Below, in pieces: positions 39,199 to 46,567 of a stretch of 64,000 bases of DNA; the stretch's first letter is position 1; the number at the start of each line of letters is the position of its first letter. Under the pieces are notes generated by a model, which was not told where the DNA came from, did no database searches, and saw nothing but the letters and a program-made list of their open reading frames with translations. Both the position numbers and the translations under genes were made by a program. The stretch lies in the sequence record PV357172.2. One strand, written 5' to 3'. The DNA is from a phage.

Positions 39199-39290
39199 GG
39201 AAGATTAACCCTAATTGGTAAGGGAGCATCTTGCTAAGTTGCCAGTAGCTGTGGAAACACGGTGTATCGGTTCAAGTCCGATATCTTCCT
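39199..39290 (+). tRNA. tRNA-Ser (anticodon GCT), long variable arm
   Basis: Perfect acceptor GGAAGAT/ATCTTCC, anticodon loop TTGCTAA, variable-arm hairpin, T-arm ATCGG-TTCAAGT-CCGAT, encoded CCA. Confidence 0.7.
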
Positions 39291-39298
39291 CCAAATTT

Positions 39299-39373
39299 GG
39301 TTCTCAAGCTCATTTGGTATGAGCCGTCGCCTCATAAGCGAAAGGTAGGTAGGTTCGAATCCTCCGGGAGCCA
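39299..39373 (+). tRNA. tRNA with CAT anticodon (Met or Ile2)
   Basis: Acceptor GGTTCTC/GGGAGCC with G-U pairs, D-stem GCTC/GAGC, anticodon loop CTCATAA, T-loop TTCGAAT, encoded CCA. Confidence 0.65.
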
Positions 39374-39393
39374 CCAGATAACTAGGAGACTTT

Positions 39394-39582
39394 ATGTCAC
39401 GCTTTCACGAAATTAAGCAAGAACTGGAAGAACTCGCCTGTCCTGAATGCTTTGGGACAGGTGAATGGAATGATGCTGAACCCGGGGATACGCGGTTTAA
39501 CACTTACGTTTGCACTCACTGTGAAGGTACTGGTGTAAACCCTCTTTACACTATTTCTCTTTTTGTAGGGGTTGCTAAATAA
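39394..39582 (+). CDS. small zinc-ribbon protein (62 aa)
   Basis: CPECFGTGEW...CTHCEGTG DnaJ-like Cys motifs. Confidence 0.45.
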   Translation: MSRFHEIKQELEELACPECFGTGEWNDAEPGDTRFNTYVCTHCEGTGVNPLYTISLFVGVAK

Positions 39583-39588
39583 TGCACT

Positions 39589-39936
39589 TTGAAGATGATG
39601 AAAAAAGAAGCGTTCTACACTGTCCCAGCAATTAATCTGCTCGGTACTGTACTATTTCAGATTAAGTTCTACCTGCGAGACGACTACACTGAAGTGGTAA
39701 ACGCTATTGTACCTGAGTTCTTCGTAAATAATTTCCAAAAGGACTTTAAGTTCTTTATTGATGATGTTTACGATGGTGTGGTTGATCCGGCAGTAGCTCC
39801 AGCTATATACAATGTATTTAATTCTCTGCCAGATCTAGATTTTGATCTAGGACTTATTGAGTCTGGTGAGATTATCTGGGCACTTAATGTTCCAGTGACT
39901 GGATTCCCTGGTTGGCTGCAAGGTTACGAACTCTAA
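39589..39936 (+). CDS. hypothetical protein (115 aa)
   Basis: ORF track. Confidence 0.45.
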   Translation: MKMMKKEAFYTVPAINLLGTVLFQIKFYLRDDYTEVVNAIVPEFFVNNFQKDFKFFIDDVYDGVVDPAVAPAIYNVFNSLPDLDFDLGLIESGEIIWALNVPVTGFPGWLQGYEL

Positions 39937-39944
39937 CAAAATTT

Positions 39945-40027
39945 GGATCTGTGGTGGAATTGGCAATACACACCATGCTTAAAACGTGGCGCTTAAATGA
40001 TTGAGGGTTCGAGCCCCTCCAGATCCA
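39945..40027 (+). tRNA. tRNA-Leu (anticodon TAA), long variable arm
   Basis: Perfect acceptor GGATCTG/CAGATCC, anticodon arm CCATG-CTTAAAA-CGTGG, T-arm GAGGG-TTCGAGC-CCCTC, encoded CCA. Confidence 0.7.
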
Positions 40028-40182
40028 CCAAATTAAGGAAGTAAAAATGAAATCTATTAAGAAAGCACTGCGTAAATTTATGTATTGTCGTTTTCATAGC
40101 ATCAAGGCTTCAACTAATGGTACTACTTACGATCGCTATGATCCTAAGTTTGGCTTACATTCTAAATAACTGGAGAAAACAA

Positions 40183-40389
40183 ATGGCTAATCCTGAAATT
40201 ACGGCACAACGCTTTATGCTGAAAGGAATTATTGCTGAAGCAGGCATGACAGAAGAAGTTGCAGATTTTCAAAAGCAATTCCTCAATATTCTCACTCAAG
40301 CCAAAGAGCTAGGAGAGAAAGAACATGGCGCGGCTATTATGGCAATCACATTGGTTGGGCTTGATCTGGCTGAAGAATCAGGAGTTTAA
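40183..40389 (+). CDS. hypothetical protein (about 68 aa)
   Basis: ATG at 40183 after GGAGAAAACAA; track ORF starts upstream. Confidence 0.45.
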   Translation: MANPEITAQRFMLKGIIAEAGMTEEVADFQKQFLNILTQAKELGEKEHGAAIMAITLVGLDLAEESGV

Positions 40390-40478
40390 CTCCTCCAAGC
40401 AGAAATTTTAAAAATGTACTTGCTTTTTACTTAAGATTTCTGCTATAATAGTTATATAAGTTGATGAGAGGAATCAGA

Positions 40479-40754
40479 ATGTTAAAACGTTTTGCAGCAA
40501 CTGGTATTGAAAGCTCAGTATGTAAATCCTGGGGTGGTTGGGAAGGTGAGATCGAGTGGCTTTATTTCTACAATGTAGAACTTCTTCCAGAGATCAAAGC
40601 TCAATGTATTGAGGCTGGTATGGCTCCTGATGCTACGGCTGATGTTGAAATCAGCATGAATAAGCTAGAGGGTCGAGTAGTCACTGTTACTGATGAAGGT
40701 GAAGAGGTATTCGAACTTCCATTCACTTTGAAAGTCACTCCTTCATTTGATTAA
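40479..40754 (+). CDS. hypothetical protein (about 91 aa)
   Basis: ATG at 40479 after promoter module and GAGAGG. Confidence 0.5.
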   Translation: MLKRFAATGIESSVCKSWGGWEGEIEWLYFYNVELLPEIKAQCIEAGMAPDATADVEISMNKLEGRVVTVTDEGEEVFELPFTLKVTPSFD

Positions 40755-40882
40755 CTGATACAGCACTGAGCAAGTTCTTTAAAATTTGACTTGCTCAGTA
40801 CCTTAAAACTTGGTATAATAGTTATCTAATTTGGAAACATATTTAAAAGTATTCAAATACTAGTTTAAACACTTTTAAATGT

Positions 40883-40966
40883 ACATCGTTGGCAGAATGG
40901 CTATTGTAGCGGTCTGTAAATCCGTGCCCTTCGGGATTGGTGGTTCGAATCTTACACGGCCCGCCA
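40883..40966 (+). tRNA. tRNA-Tyr-like element (GTA anticodon loop), possibly degenerate
   Basis: D-arm and anticodon arm (loop CTGTAAA) fold, variable-arm hairpin GCCC-TTC-GGG, TTCGAAT T-loop, CCA present; T-stem and acceptor pair poorly in my reading. Confidence 0.3.
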
Positions 40967-41068
40967 AATTCTGTGTAGAGTTAAGTAAACCGGTAGCCAA
41001 CCAGCTATCATTGCTGACATCGAATTCAGCCACAGATACCATTTTCATTAATAACTGAGGAAATAGAT

Positions 41069-41254
41069 ATGACAACTCGTGCAATTGCTCGACTAGAAGC
41101 TGATCGTGATAATCTGATTAATAATATTAAGGTTCGTGGTAATATTATTAAGGCTCTGAAAGCTGAACTTCTTGAAGAACTTCAAGGTCAAGTAGAGCGT
41201 CGTGAAGCTCTAAAAGAGGTTGAGGAAGCTATCGAAAAACTCAAAGCTGAGTAA
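41069..41254 (+). CDS. small coiled-coil protein (61 aa)
   Basis: ORF track; GAGGAAATAGAT RBS. Confidence 0.45.
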   Translation: MTTRAIARLEADRDNLINNIKVRGNIIKALKAELLEELQGQVERREALKEVEEAIEKLKAE

Positions 41255-41257
41255 ATT

Positions 41258-41839
41258 ATGCACGGAATATCCTTACCAATTCCAGGGTTTGAGGAGTACT
41301 TAGTAAGTTTGGATGGGTTAGTATTTAGTATCAAATCAAACAAAATACTAACCCCAATAACCAGTAATTACGGATACTTATCTATACGTCTCCATAAAAA
41401 TGGTCAACAGAGAAATACCGGTGTACATAGGATTTTAGCATGTGCATTTAAGAAATTACCAAGTCTAGACTCTGAACTAGAAGTTGACCATATTAACACA
41501 GACATTACTTATTGGGGTCTTAATAACTTACAAGTGCTCACAAAAGAGCAGCATCTAGAAAAGACTTTAAAAGATAAAGGATTTAGTAAACTAAACCATG
41601 ATAATTGTTGTAAGGATTGTGGTAAAGCTATTTCTTTAAAAGCTGAAAAATGTCAGGAGTGCTCTTCACATAAACCAAAAGATATCTCTATAACTAAAGA
41701 AATAATCGAGGTTACAGTAAGAGAGCTAGGCTGGTCAGGTGCAGGGAGAAAGTTAAGTTATTCAGATAATGGGTTGCGTAAAAGATACACTTCTTTAGGA
41801 GGCAATCCTAAAGAACTTAAAAAGTTAAAGGTACTATAG
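41258..41839 (+). CDS. HNH endonuclease with zinc finger and C-terminal HTH
   Basis: HNH region ELEVDHINTDITYWGLNNLQVLTKEQH; CKDCG...CQEC zinc finger; paralog of 43929-44513. Confidence 0.65.
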   Translation: MHGISLPIPGFEEYLVSLDGLVFSIKSNKILTPITSNYGYLSIRLHKNGQQRNTGVHRILACAFKKLPSLDSELEVDHINTDITYWGLNNLQVLTKEQHLEKTLKDKGFSKLNHDNCCKDCGKAISLKAEKCQECSSHKPKDISITKEIIEVTVRELGWSGAGRKLSYSDNGLRKRYTSLGGNPKELKKLKVL

Positions 41840-41901
41840 TCTAACGGTTAGGATACTCCCCTGTCACGGGAGAGGTAGGGTTTCGATTACCCTTAGTACC
41901 G
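41830..41901 (+). tRNA. tRNA-Asp (anticodon GTC)
   Basis: Perfect acceptor GGTACTA/TAGTACC, anticodon arm CTCCC-CTGTCAC-GGGAG, T-arm AGGGT-TTCGATT-ACCCT, CCA; 5' end overlaps HNH stop codon. Confidence 0.7.
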
Positions 41902-41910
41902 CCAAATTAT

Positions 41911-41984
41911 ACATCCATAGCTCAATTGGTTAGAGCTACCGCCTCTTAAGCGGTAGGTTCTAGGTTCAAGTCCTAGTGGGTGTA
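41911..41984 (+). tRNA. tRNA-Lys (anticodon CTT)
   Basis: Acceptor ACATCCA/TGGGTGT, D-stem GCTC/GAGC, anticodon arm ACCGC-CTCTTAA-GCGGT, T-arm CTAGG-TTCAAGT-CCTAG, CCA. Confidence 0.7.
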
Positions 41985-41987
41985 CCA

Positions 41988-42200
41988 AACATCAGAGCAG
42001 CGTGATGTACTGCAAAGACCCAAAGTCCGGGGTGGACTTCTTGATTCAAAGGAGCAGGCACTAATTATCATTCTAGCGTGGTGGAGAGGGGACACCAGCT
42101 TGCCGAGGGTAGAAGCTCGTTCGATTCGAGTGAAAGAATGGTTCTCGTAAATCCGCACAAGTGATAGCAGGTTCAAGTCCTGCCTAGATTGACTTATTAT
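41988..42200 (+). ncRNA. structured noncoding segment with two orphan T-arm-like hairpins (pseudo-tRNAs or small RNA)
   Basis: GCTCG-TTCGATT-CGAGT and GCAGG-TTCAAGT-CCTGC T-arm-like elements with no pairing acceptor stems found; no credible ORF. Confidence 0.3.
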
Positions 42201-42271
42201 GCGTTCGTAGTTAAAAGGTATAATTTTTGGTTGCCAACCAGAAGTTGAGGGTTCGATTCCCTCCGACCGCA
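42201..42271 (+). tRNA. tRNA-Gly (anticodon GCC)
   Basis: Acceptor GCGTTCG/CGACCGC (one mismatch), anticodon arm TTTGG-TTGCCAA-CCAGA, T-arm GAGGG-TTCGATT-CCCTC, CCA. Confidence 0.65.
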
Positions 42272-42587
42272 CCAAATTTAGGTTTCTGCTTCCTAGAGAA
42301 CGGACTCCTAGATAAACAAGGCGATGAGTTTCCGGCCGGTTCTAGTCGCTGAAAATCCTCCCGACCAGGTAGGTGTAAGTAAATGAAAGTTTACTTATTG
42401 AGTAGGTTCCGATAGACCGGCGGGTCTATTCTGGCATTTAAGAGAGGTCTCGCAAACTTCTTTGTCAGCCGTGGGGTTGGTAGCCTCCAGGTGGCCTACA
42501 CAATAAGTAAATTTATTAAAAATTCATTTGCTATTCTGCTTAATTCTCTGTATAATATATTTTATAAAGTGAGTTAACAAAAATTAA

Positions 42588-42660
42588 CAGTGCGTAGCGC
42601 AGTTGGTAGCGTGGGAGCCTTGGGTGCTTCGGGTCGCAGGTTCGAGTCCTGCCGCACTGA
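42588..42660 (+). tRNA. tRNA-Pro (anticodon TGG)
   Basis: Perfect acceptor CAGTGCG/CGCACTG, anticodon arm GGAGC-CTTGGGT-GCTTC, T-arm GCAGG-TTCGAGT-CCTGC, CCA; directly after promoter module. Confidence 0.7.
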
Positions 42661-42669
42661 CCAAACAAT

Positions 42670-42744
42670 TGCGGGTTAGATCTCTGGTAGAGATCGCTAG
42701 TCTCATAAGCTAGAAAGAGGTAGGTTCGATTCCTGCACCCGCTT
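42670..42744 (+). tRNA. tRNA with CAT anticodon (Met/fMet or Ile2)
   Basis: Anticodon loop CTCATAA, T-arm GTAGG-TTCGATT-CCTGC, CCA; position 1-72 appears unpaired (U-U) in my fold. Confidence 0.6.
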
Positions 42745-42767
42745 CCATTTTAATAGAGGATTTCGAA

Positions 42768-42931
42768 ATGAAAGTATTTCGATTAGTAGTAAGTGACAAA
42801 CGGTTAGGTAAGAATACATCAAAATCCTTACTTGCTCATTATGGTAAAAATTGGGATGAAGTAATGGCAGAGTTTAATACTAATCACCCTTACTTGAAAG
42901 TTCACTCTATTAAGGAAGTTTATGCTTATTA
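42768..42931 (+). CDS. small protein (about 54 aa)
   Basis: Below track threshold; ATG at 42768 after AGAGGA; overlaps start of next gene. Confidence 0.35.
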
Positions 42932-43395
42932 ACAGGGTGCTTCAAGCTCTAGATCTTCCAGAGCTCTTTACTATTACCGACCCCTTAATACATCGGTATA
43001 TGGAAAAGTATAATGAAATCTCTGGTAAAAAAGGGAAACTAAAATCCTCAGAATTTAAGTTCTGTTATAGAATGGCAGCATTAAACCTCTTAAAGTACAA
43101 GAGGGAGCATAAAATCCCTATAACAGAAGGATTTGTCTATGTAATAGGTAGTCCAGCATGGCCTGGACTATATAAGATAGGTATGACAGTAGATGTGAAT
43201 GAAAGACTGTCTAGTTATCAAACATATTCGCCTTATCGTGATTACAAGTTATACCATTTCAGATTCTCCTCGGACAAGAGAAGAACTGAAAAAGCATTAC
43301 ATAACCTTCTGAAGGACTACAAAGTATCAGGAGAATGGTTTGAAGTACCTCTGTTAGACGCCTTCAAACTATTAGTAGAAAATTTGGATTGCTAA
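42922..43395 (+). CDS. T5orf172/GIY-YIG-like domain protein
   Basis: Motif GFVYVIGSPAWPGLYKIGMT...R...E; AAGGAAG RBS. Confidence 0.5.
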   Translation: MLINRVLQALDLPELFTITDPLIHRYMEKYNEISGKKGKLKSSEFKFCYRMAALNLLKYKREHKIPITEGFVYVIGSPAWPGLYKIGMTVDVNERLSSYQTYSPYRDYKLYHFRFSSDKRRTEKALHNLLKDYKVSGEWFEVPLLDAFKLLVENLDC

Positions 43396-43460
43396 CTCAA
43401 CTGGATAAGAGTACCGGACCTTTAATCCGTCAGTTCTGGGTTCGAATCCCAGGCAATCCA
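43386..43460 (+). tRNA. tRNA-Lys (anticodon TTT)
   Basis: Perfect acceptor GGATTGC/GCAATCC, anticodon loop CCTTTAA, T-arm CTGGG-TTCGAAT-CCCAG, CCA; 5' end overlaps last codons of upstream CDS. Confidence 0.65.
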
Positions 43461-43748
43461 CCAATTTCAAGAAAAACTCAGTTGCTTGATGCTTAATTTC
43501 TTGTTATAATATTTATATAAATTGATGAGGAGAAATCCTCATCATAGTTCACTAAGGTATTAGCTCGACCTAGGACTGGCTGCCAAAAAGCACGATCCCT
43601 ACGATTTGGGAGAAGTTCTAGATTAGTCCACTAGATTCAGCGGCAACTGAATAGTGTATCGGTTTTGCGAGATGACGCGGTTCCTTCCGCTCGAAGCGAA
43701 GGTGCTGTAGTTACGCCGAGCTAATAGCCTTAGTAAACTAAGGAATTT

Positions 43749-43819
43749 GGGGATATAGTTTAATGGTAGAACATCTGCTTTGCACGCAGAAGACGAGGGT
43801 TCAACTCCCTCTTTCTCCA
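43749..43819 (+). tRNA. tRNA-Ala (anticodon TGC)
   Basis: Acceptor GGGGATA/TTTCTCC (one mismatch), anticodon arm TCTGC-TTTGCAC-GCAGA, T-arm GAGGG-TTCAACT-CCCTC, CCA. Confidence 0.65.
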
Positions 43820-43827
43820 CCAAATTT

Positions 43828-43909
43828 GGGGCTATGCTGGAACTGGTAGACAATACGGCCTTAGATTCCGTAGCTTAAATGCGTGGGAGTTCGAGTCTCC
43901 CTAGCCCCA
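43828..43909 (+). tRNA. tRNA-Leu (anticodon TAG), long variable arm
   Basis: Perfect acceptor GGGGCTA/TAGCCCC, anticodon loop CTTAGAT, T-arm GGGAG-TTCGAGT-CTCCC, CCA. Confidence 0.65.
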
Positions 43910-43928
43910 CCAACTTATAGGGTAATGT

Positions 43929-44513
43929 ATGCAGTTTGTACCAATAAAAGATGCACCAGGGTATTTAGTAAATGAAACAGGGGATGTGTTATCTACATTT
44001 ACTAATAAAATCTTATCAAGATATATAGTTGATGGGTACCCTGCTGTAAAATTACAGATAAATGGTAAGCAAACTTCGGTACTTATACACCGAATTATTT
44101 CTCATGTATTTGGGGACTTATATAATCTATTTGACCCTGAATTAGAAGTAGATCACAAGGATAGAGATAGGCTGAATCTATCTAAAGATAATCTTCAAGT
44201 TTTATCAAAAATAGAACATCAGAAGAAAACTAATAAAGATAATGGATGGTCTGATAGTAGAGTACCTTGCCCCTTATGTGGAAATCTAATGCTTCAGAGA
44301 TCAGTAACATGTACAAATTGTAAGCCAAAACCTACAGGAAAGTTAATAAAACCAGAATTGTCCTTAGAAGACATAACTGAAAAGGTTTTATTAATGGGGT
44401 GGGTTAAGGCAGCTAAAGATCTAGAAGTATCAGAGTCCACTTTACGTAGACGATATACTAAACTAACCGGATTAAGCCCGAAAGTATTAACAGAACAACG
44501 GAAAAGCAAATAG
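43929..44513 (+). CDS. HNH endonuclease with zinc finger and C-terminal HTH
   Basis: HNH region ELEVDHKDRDRLNLSKDNLQVL; CPLCG...CTNC zinc finger; paralog of 41258-41839. Confidence 0.65.
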   Translation: MQFVPIKDAPGYLVNETGDVLSTFTNKILSRYIVDGYPAVKLQINGKQTSVLIHRIISHVFGDLYNLFDPELEVDHKDRDRLNLSKDNLQVLSKIEHQKKTNKDNGWSDSRVPCPLCGNLMLQRSVTCTNCKPKPTGKLIKPELSLEDITEKVLLMGWVKAAKDLEVSESTLRRRYTKLTGLSPKVLTEQRKSK

Positions 44514-44590
44514 ACTGGTGACTAAACCCGATTGGAAATCGGTTGAGTGGTAGCAATACCGCCTTATGGGTTCAACTCCCATCTTTTCCG
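44500..44590 (+). tRNA. tRNA-Ser (anticodon GGA), long variable arm
   Basis: Perfect acceptor GGAAAAG/CTTTTCC, anticodon loop TTGGAAA, T-arm ATGGG-TTCAACT-CCCAT, CCA; 5' end lies inside last codons of HNH gene. Confidence 0.6.
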
Positions 44591-44605
44591 CCAAACAATT
44601 TATAT

Positions 44606-44697
44606 GGTAGGTCAATCCAATGGCTGGCGCTGGACTCCGACTTGAAATCGGTTGATCGTAGTGATACGGTGTAAGGGTTCGATCCCCTTACCTACCT
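44606..44697 (+). tRNA. tRNA-Ser (anticodon TGA), long variable arm
   Basis: Perfect acceptor GGTAGGT/ACCTACC, anticodon loop CTTGAAA, T-arm AAGGG-TTCGATC-CCCTT, CCA. Confidence 0.65.
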
Positions 44698-44955
44698 CCA
44701 AATCTTGAAGTATGCCGGAATCGGTAGACGGGGCTGCCTAAAAGGTTTATAGGGAACATCCACTCCCTGCAACATACCTCATAAAGCGGCTGAGATAAAT
44801 GGTCTATCTCGTGAAGGTTCAAGTCCTTCTGCTTCTTGATACATCTATGGCTCAAAGTGTAACGGTGCTATTTGATGCTCTTGGTAAGACTTCCCCGACA
44901 TGCGTTCGGGAGTAAGCTGCTAAGACTAGAGTAGAAGAGTTTCTGAGAGCCGCCA

Positions 44956-45070
44956 CAATTGAAAATTCGTACTCGTCTTGAGCTGCGTGCAATAGGAGAT
45001 AACTTGATTAGTATTCTAGAACATGCTAATTGAGGATGGTTTCGCTAACCCTGCGAGTTTTCAATTGTGG
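44956..45070. repeat. 14-bp perfect inverted repeat GCCACAATTGAAAA / TTTTCAATTGTGGC separated by about 88 nt
   Basis: Read directly; distal arm overlaps the 5' acceptor of tRNA-His. Confidence 0.5.
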
Positions 45071-45140
45071 CTATATCATAATTGGTTAATGATCCTGATT
45101 GTGAATCAGGCCTATGTGGATTCGAATTCCACTAGCCACC
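45067..45140 (+). tRNA. tRNA-His (anticodon GTG)
   Basis: Perfect acceptor GTGGCTA/TAGCCAC, anticodon arm CCTGA-TTGTGAA-TCAGG, T-arm GTGGA-TTCGAAT-TCCAC, C discriminator, CCA. Confidence 0.65.
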
Positions 45141-45168
45141 CCAAATTAACTTAAATAGGAAATAAAAT

Positions 45169-45369
45169 ATGGCTGATTTCTGCAAGCAATGCTCCCTTGA
45201 TATGTGGGGCAGAGATACTGGTGACTTATCTGGTCTGATTACAGAAGCCGAAGTCAAAGAAGGTTATAGTGCAGTTGTGATTTGTGAAGGCTGCGGTGTT
45301 ATCCGTGTAGACCACACCGGTAAGCGTTTGGAAGAACCAGTTCCAATTGCGCAAGTTCCTGTAGAATAA
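45169..45369 (+). CDS. hypothetical protein (66 aa)
   Basis: ORF track; Cys pairs CKQC...CEGC suggest a zinc ribbon. Confidence 0.45.
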   Translation: MADFCKQCSLDMWGRDTGDLSGLITEAEVKEGYSAVVICEGCGVIRVDHTGKRLEEPVPIAQVPVE

Positions 45370-45377
45370 AAAATTAT

Positions 45378-45450
45378 TGGAGTGTAGCTCAACTGGCAGA
45401 GCGACGGTTTCTGACACCGTAGGTTTCTAGTTCGATCCTAGACATTCCAG
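45378..45450 (+). tRNA. tRNA-Gln (anticodon CTG)
   Basis: Acceptor TGGAGTG/CATTCCA, D-stem GCTC/GAGC, anticodon arm ACGGT-TTCTGAC-ACCGT, T-arm TCTAG-TTCGATC-CTAGA, CCA. Confidence 0.65.
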
Positions 45451-45459
45451 CCAAACAAT

Positions 45460-45534
45460 TGGGGATTAGCTTAGCTTGGCCTAAAGCTTCGGCCTTTGAA
45501 GTCGAGATCATTGGTTCAAATCCAATATCCCCTG
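45460..45534 (+). tRNA. tRNA-Gln (anticodon TTG)
   Basis: Anticodon arm TCGGC-CTTTGAA-GTCGA, T-arm ATTGG-TTCAAAT-CCAAT, CCA; first acceptor pair mismatched in my fold. Confidence 0.6.
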
Positions 45535-45545
45535 CCAAACAATAA

Positions 45546-45618
45546 GCGATTAAGCACACGGGTTGTGCCGCAGGCCTTCCAAGCCCCGCTGAGTAGGGTT
45601 CGATTCCCTCTAGCCGCT
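45546..45618 (+). tRNA. tRNA, anticodon uncertain (possibly TCC, Gly)
   Basis: T-arm with TTCGATT loop, acceptor with one mismatch, CCA; anticodon stem weak in my fold. Confidence 0.4.
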
Positions 45619-45638
45619 CCAACTTTAAGGAAACATTT

Positions 45639-45860
45639 ATGCACGTTTTTGAGTTTCGTGATAAAAGTAACAATAAACGAGTTATTGTTATTGGAGAAAC
45701 ATACCTAGCATACGAACAAACTGATGGCTCTGTTATCTTGAATGATGAGAAAGCAAATTTTAGCTTTTATCCAGAAGAACCTTATGAAGAGTTTCGTACT
45801 AAGTTTCTTTTACCAGACTGGCTAGCAGTAGCCGAGCAACGAGAATCCGAAGATGGCTGA
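45639..45860 (+). CDS. hypothetical protein (73 aa)
   Basis: ORF track; AAGGAAACATTT RBS. Confidence 0.45.
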   Translation: MHVFEFRDKSNNKRVIVIGETYLAYEQTDGSVILNDEKANFSFYPEEPYEEFRTKFLLPDWLAVAEQRESEDG

Positions 45861-46014
45861 TAACCTAAAATTAAGGGTTGACAAACAAAAGAAATACGTT
45901 GAGGTTGAATTAGGCGAAGAACGCTTAAAGCTAACTTTCGAGTTTCTTCAGCAGTTGGCTATGACAGTCATGACTGATAAGTCTCCTGTTATTGAAAAAG
46001 AAATCCCGTTGAAA
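45853..46014 (+). CDS. small protein (about 53 aa)
   Basis: Below track threshold; ATG overlaps upstream stop (ATGGCTGA). Confidence 0.35.
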
Positions 46015-46025
46015 TAGGAAGCAAC

Positions 46026-46418
46026 ATGGAGTTTACTTGTTTAAATTGCGGAATCACAAAACCTAAAAGTAGGGGTTCCGCAGGTAAGTATTGTGGTGCT
46101 GCTTGTCAGCAGGAGTACCAGACAAAGCAAAAAGTATTAAAGTGGCTGGCAGGTGAAGAACCTGGTTATACTGGTAAAGCTGCACAATTAAAACCTTTTG
46201 TTAGGAAGTGGCTGTGGGATACTCGTGGTACTGCTTGTGAAGTATGTGGTTGGGATGGGAAACATCCAATTGACGGAGCAGTTTTAACTGAGGTAGATCA
46301 TATAGATGGAGATGCAACTAACTGTTCTCCAGAAAATCTAAAGATTCTCTGCCCTAACTGTCACTCTATGACACCTACGCATAGGGCCAGAAATAGAGTT
46401 TCAACAAGACAACGATAG
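46026..46418 (+). CDS. small HNH endonuclease (130 aa)
   Basis: HNH/zinc motifs TEVDHIDGDATNCSPENLKILCPNCH. Confidence 0.6.
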   Translation: MEFTCLNCGITKPKSRGSAGKYCGAACQQEYQTKQKVLKWLAGEEPGYTGKAAQLKPFVRKWLWDTRGTACEVCGWDGKHPIDGAVLTEVDHIDGDATNCSPENLKILCPNCHSMTPTHRARNRVSTRQR

Positions 46419-46489
46419 CTCTTAAAGCATTGCTGGCGATGCAACGGTCTTGTAAACCGTGGAACCGGGTTCGATTCCTGGTGGGAGCA
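46418..46489 (+). tRNA. tRNA-Thr (anticodon TGT)
   Basis: Acceptor GCTCTTA/TGGGAGC, D-stem GCAT/ATGC, anticodon arm ACGGT-CTTGTAA-ACCGT, T-arm CCGGG-TTCGATT-CCTGG, CCA; first base is last base of HNH stop codon. Confidence 0.7.
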
Positions 46490-46567
46490 CCAAAATTAAA
46501 AAATTCATTTGCCTTCTCTCTTATTTCTTGTTATAATATTTATATAAATTAATGAGAGGGAAACCAA

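Noticed and set aside
41973-42275. 100-aa minus-strand ORF across the tRNA-Lys to tRNA-Gly interval
   Set aside because: It overlaps hand-folded tRNA genes and T-arm-like elements and has no RBS or promoter context, so it is almost certainly a chance ORF.
43623-43853. 76-aa minus-strand ORF overlapping tRNA-Ala
   Set aside because: It is antisense to a well-folded tRNA and to the noncoding leader, so it is treated as spurious.
45389-45708. ORFs at 45389-45673 (minus) and 45496-45708 (plus) overlapping the tRNA-Gln genes
   Set aside because: Their translations are literally tRNA sequence read as protein; the region is fully explained by three tRNA genes.
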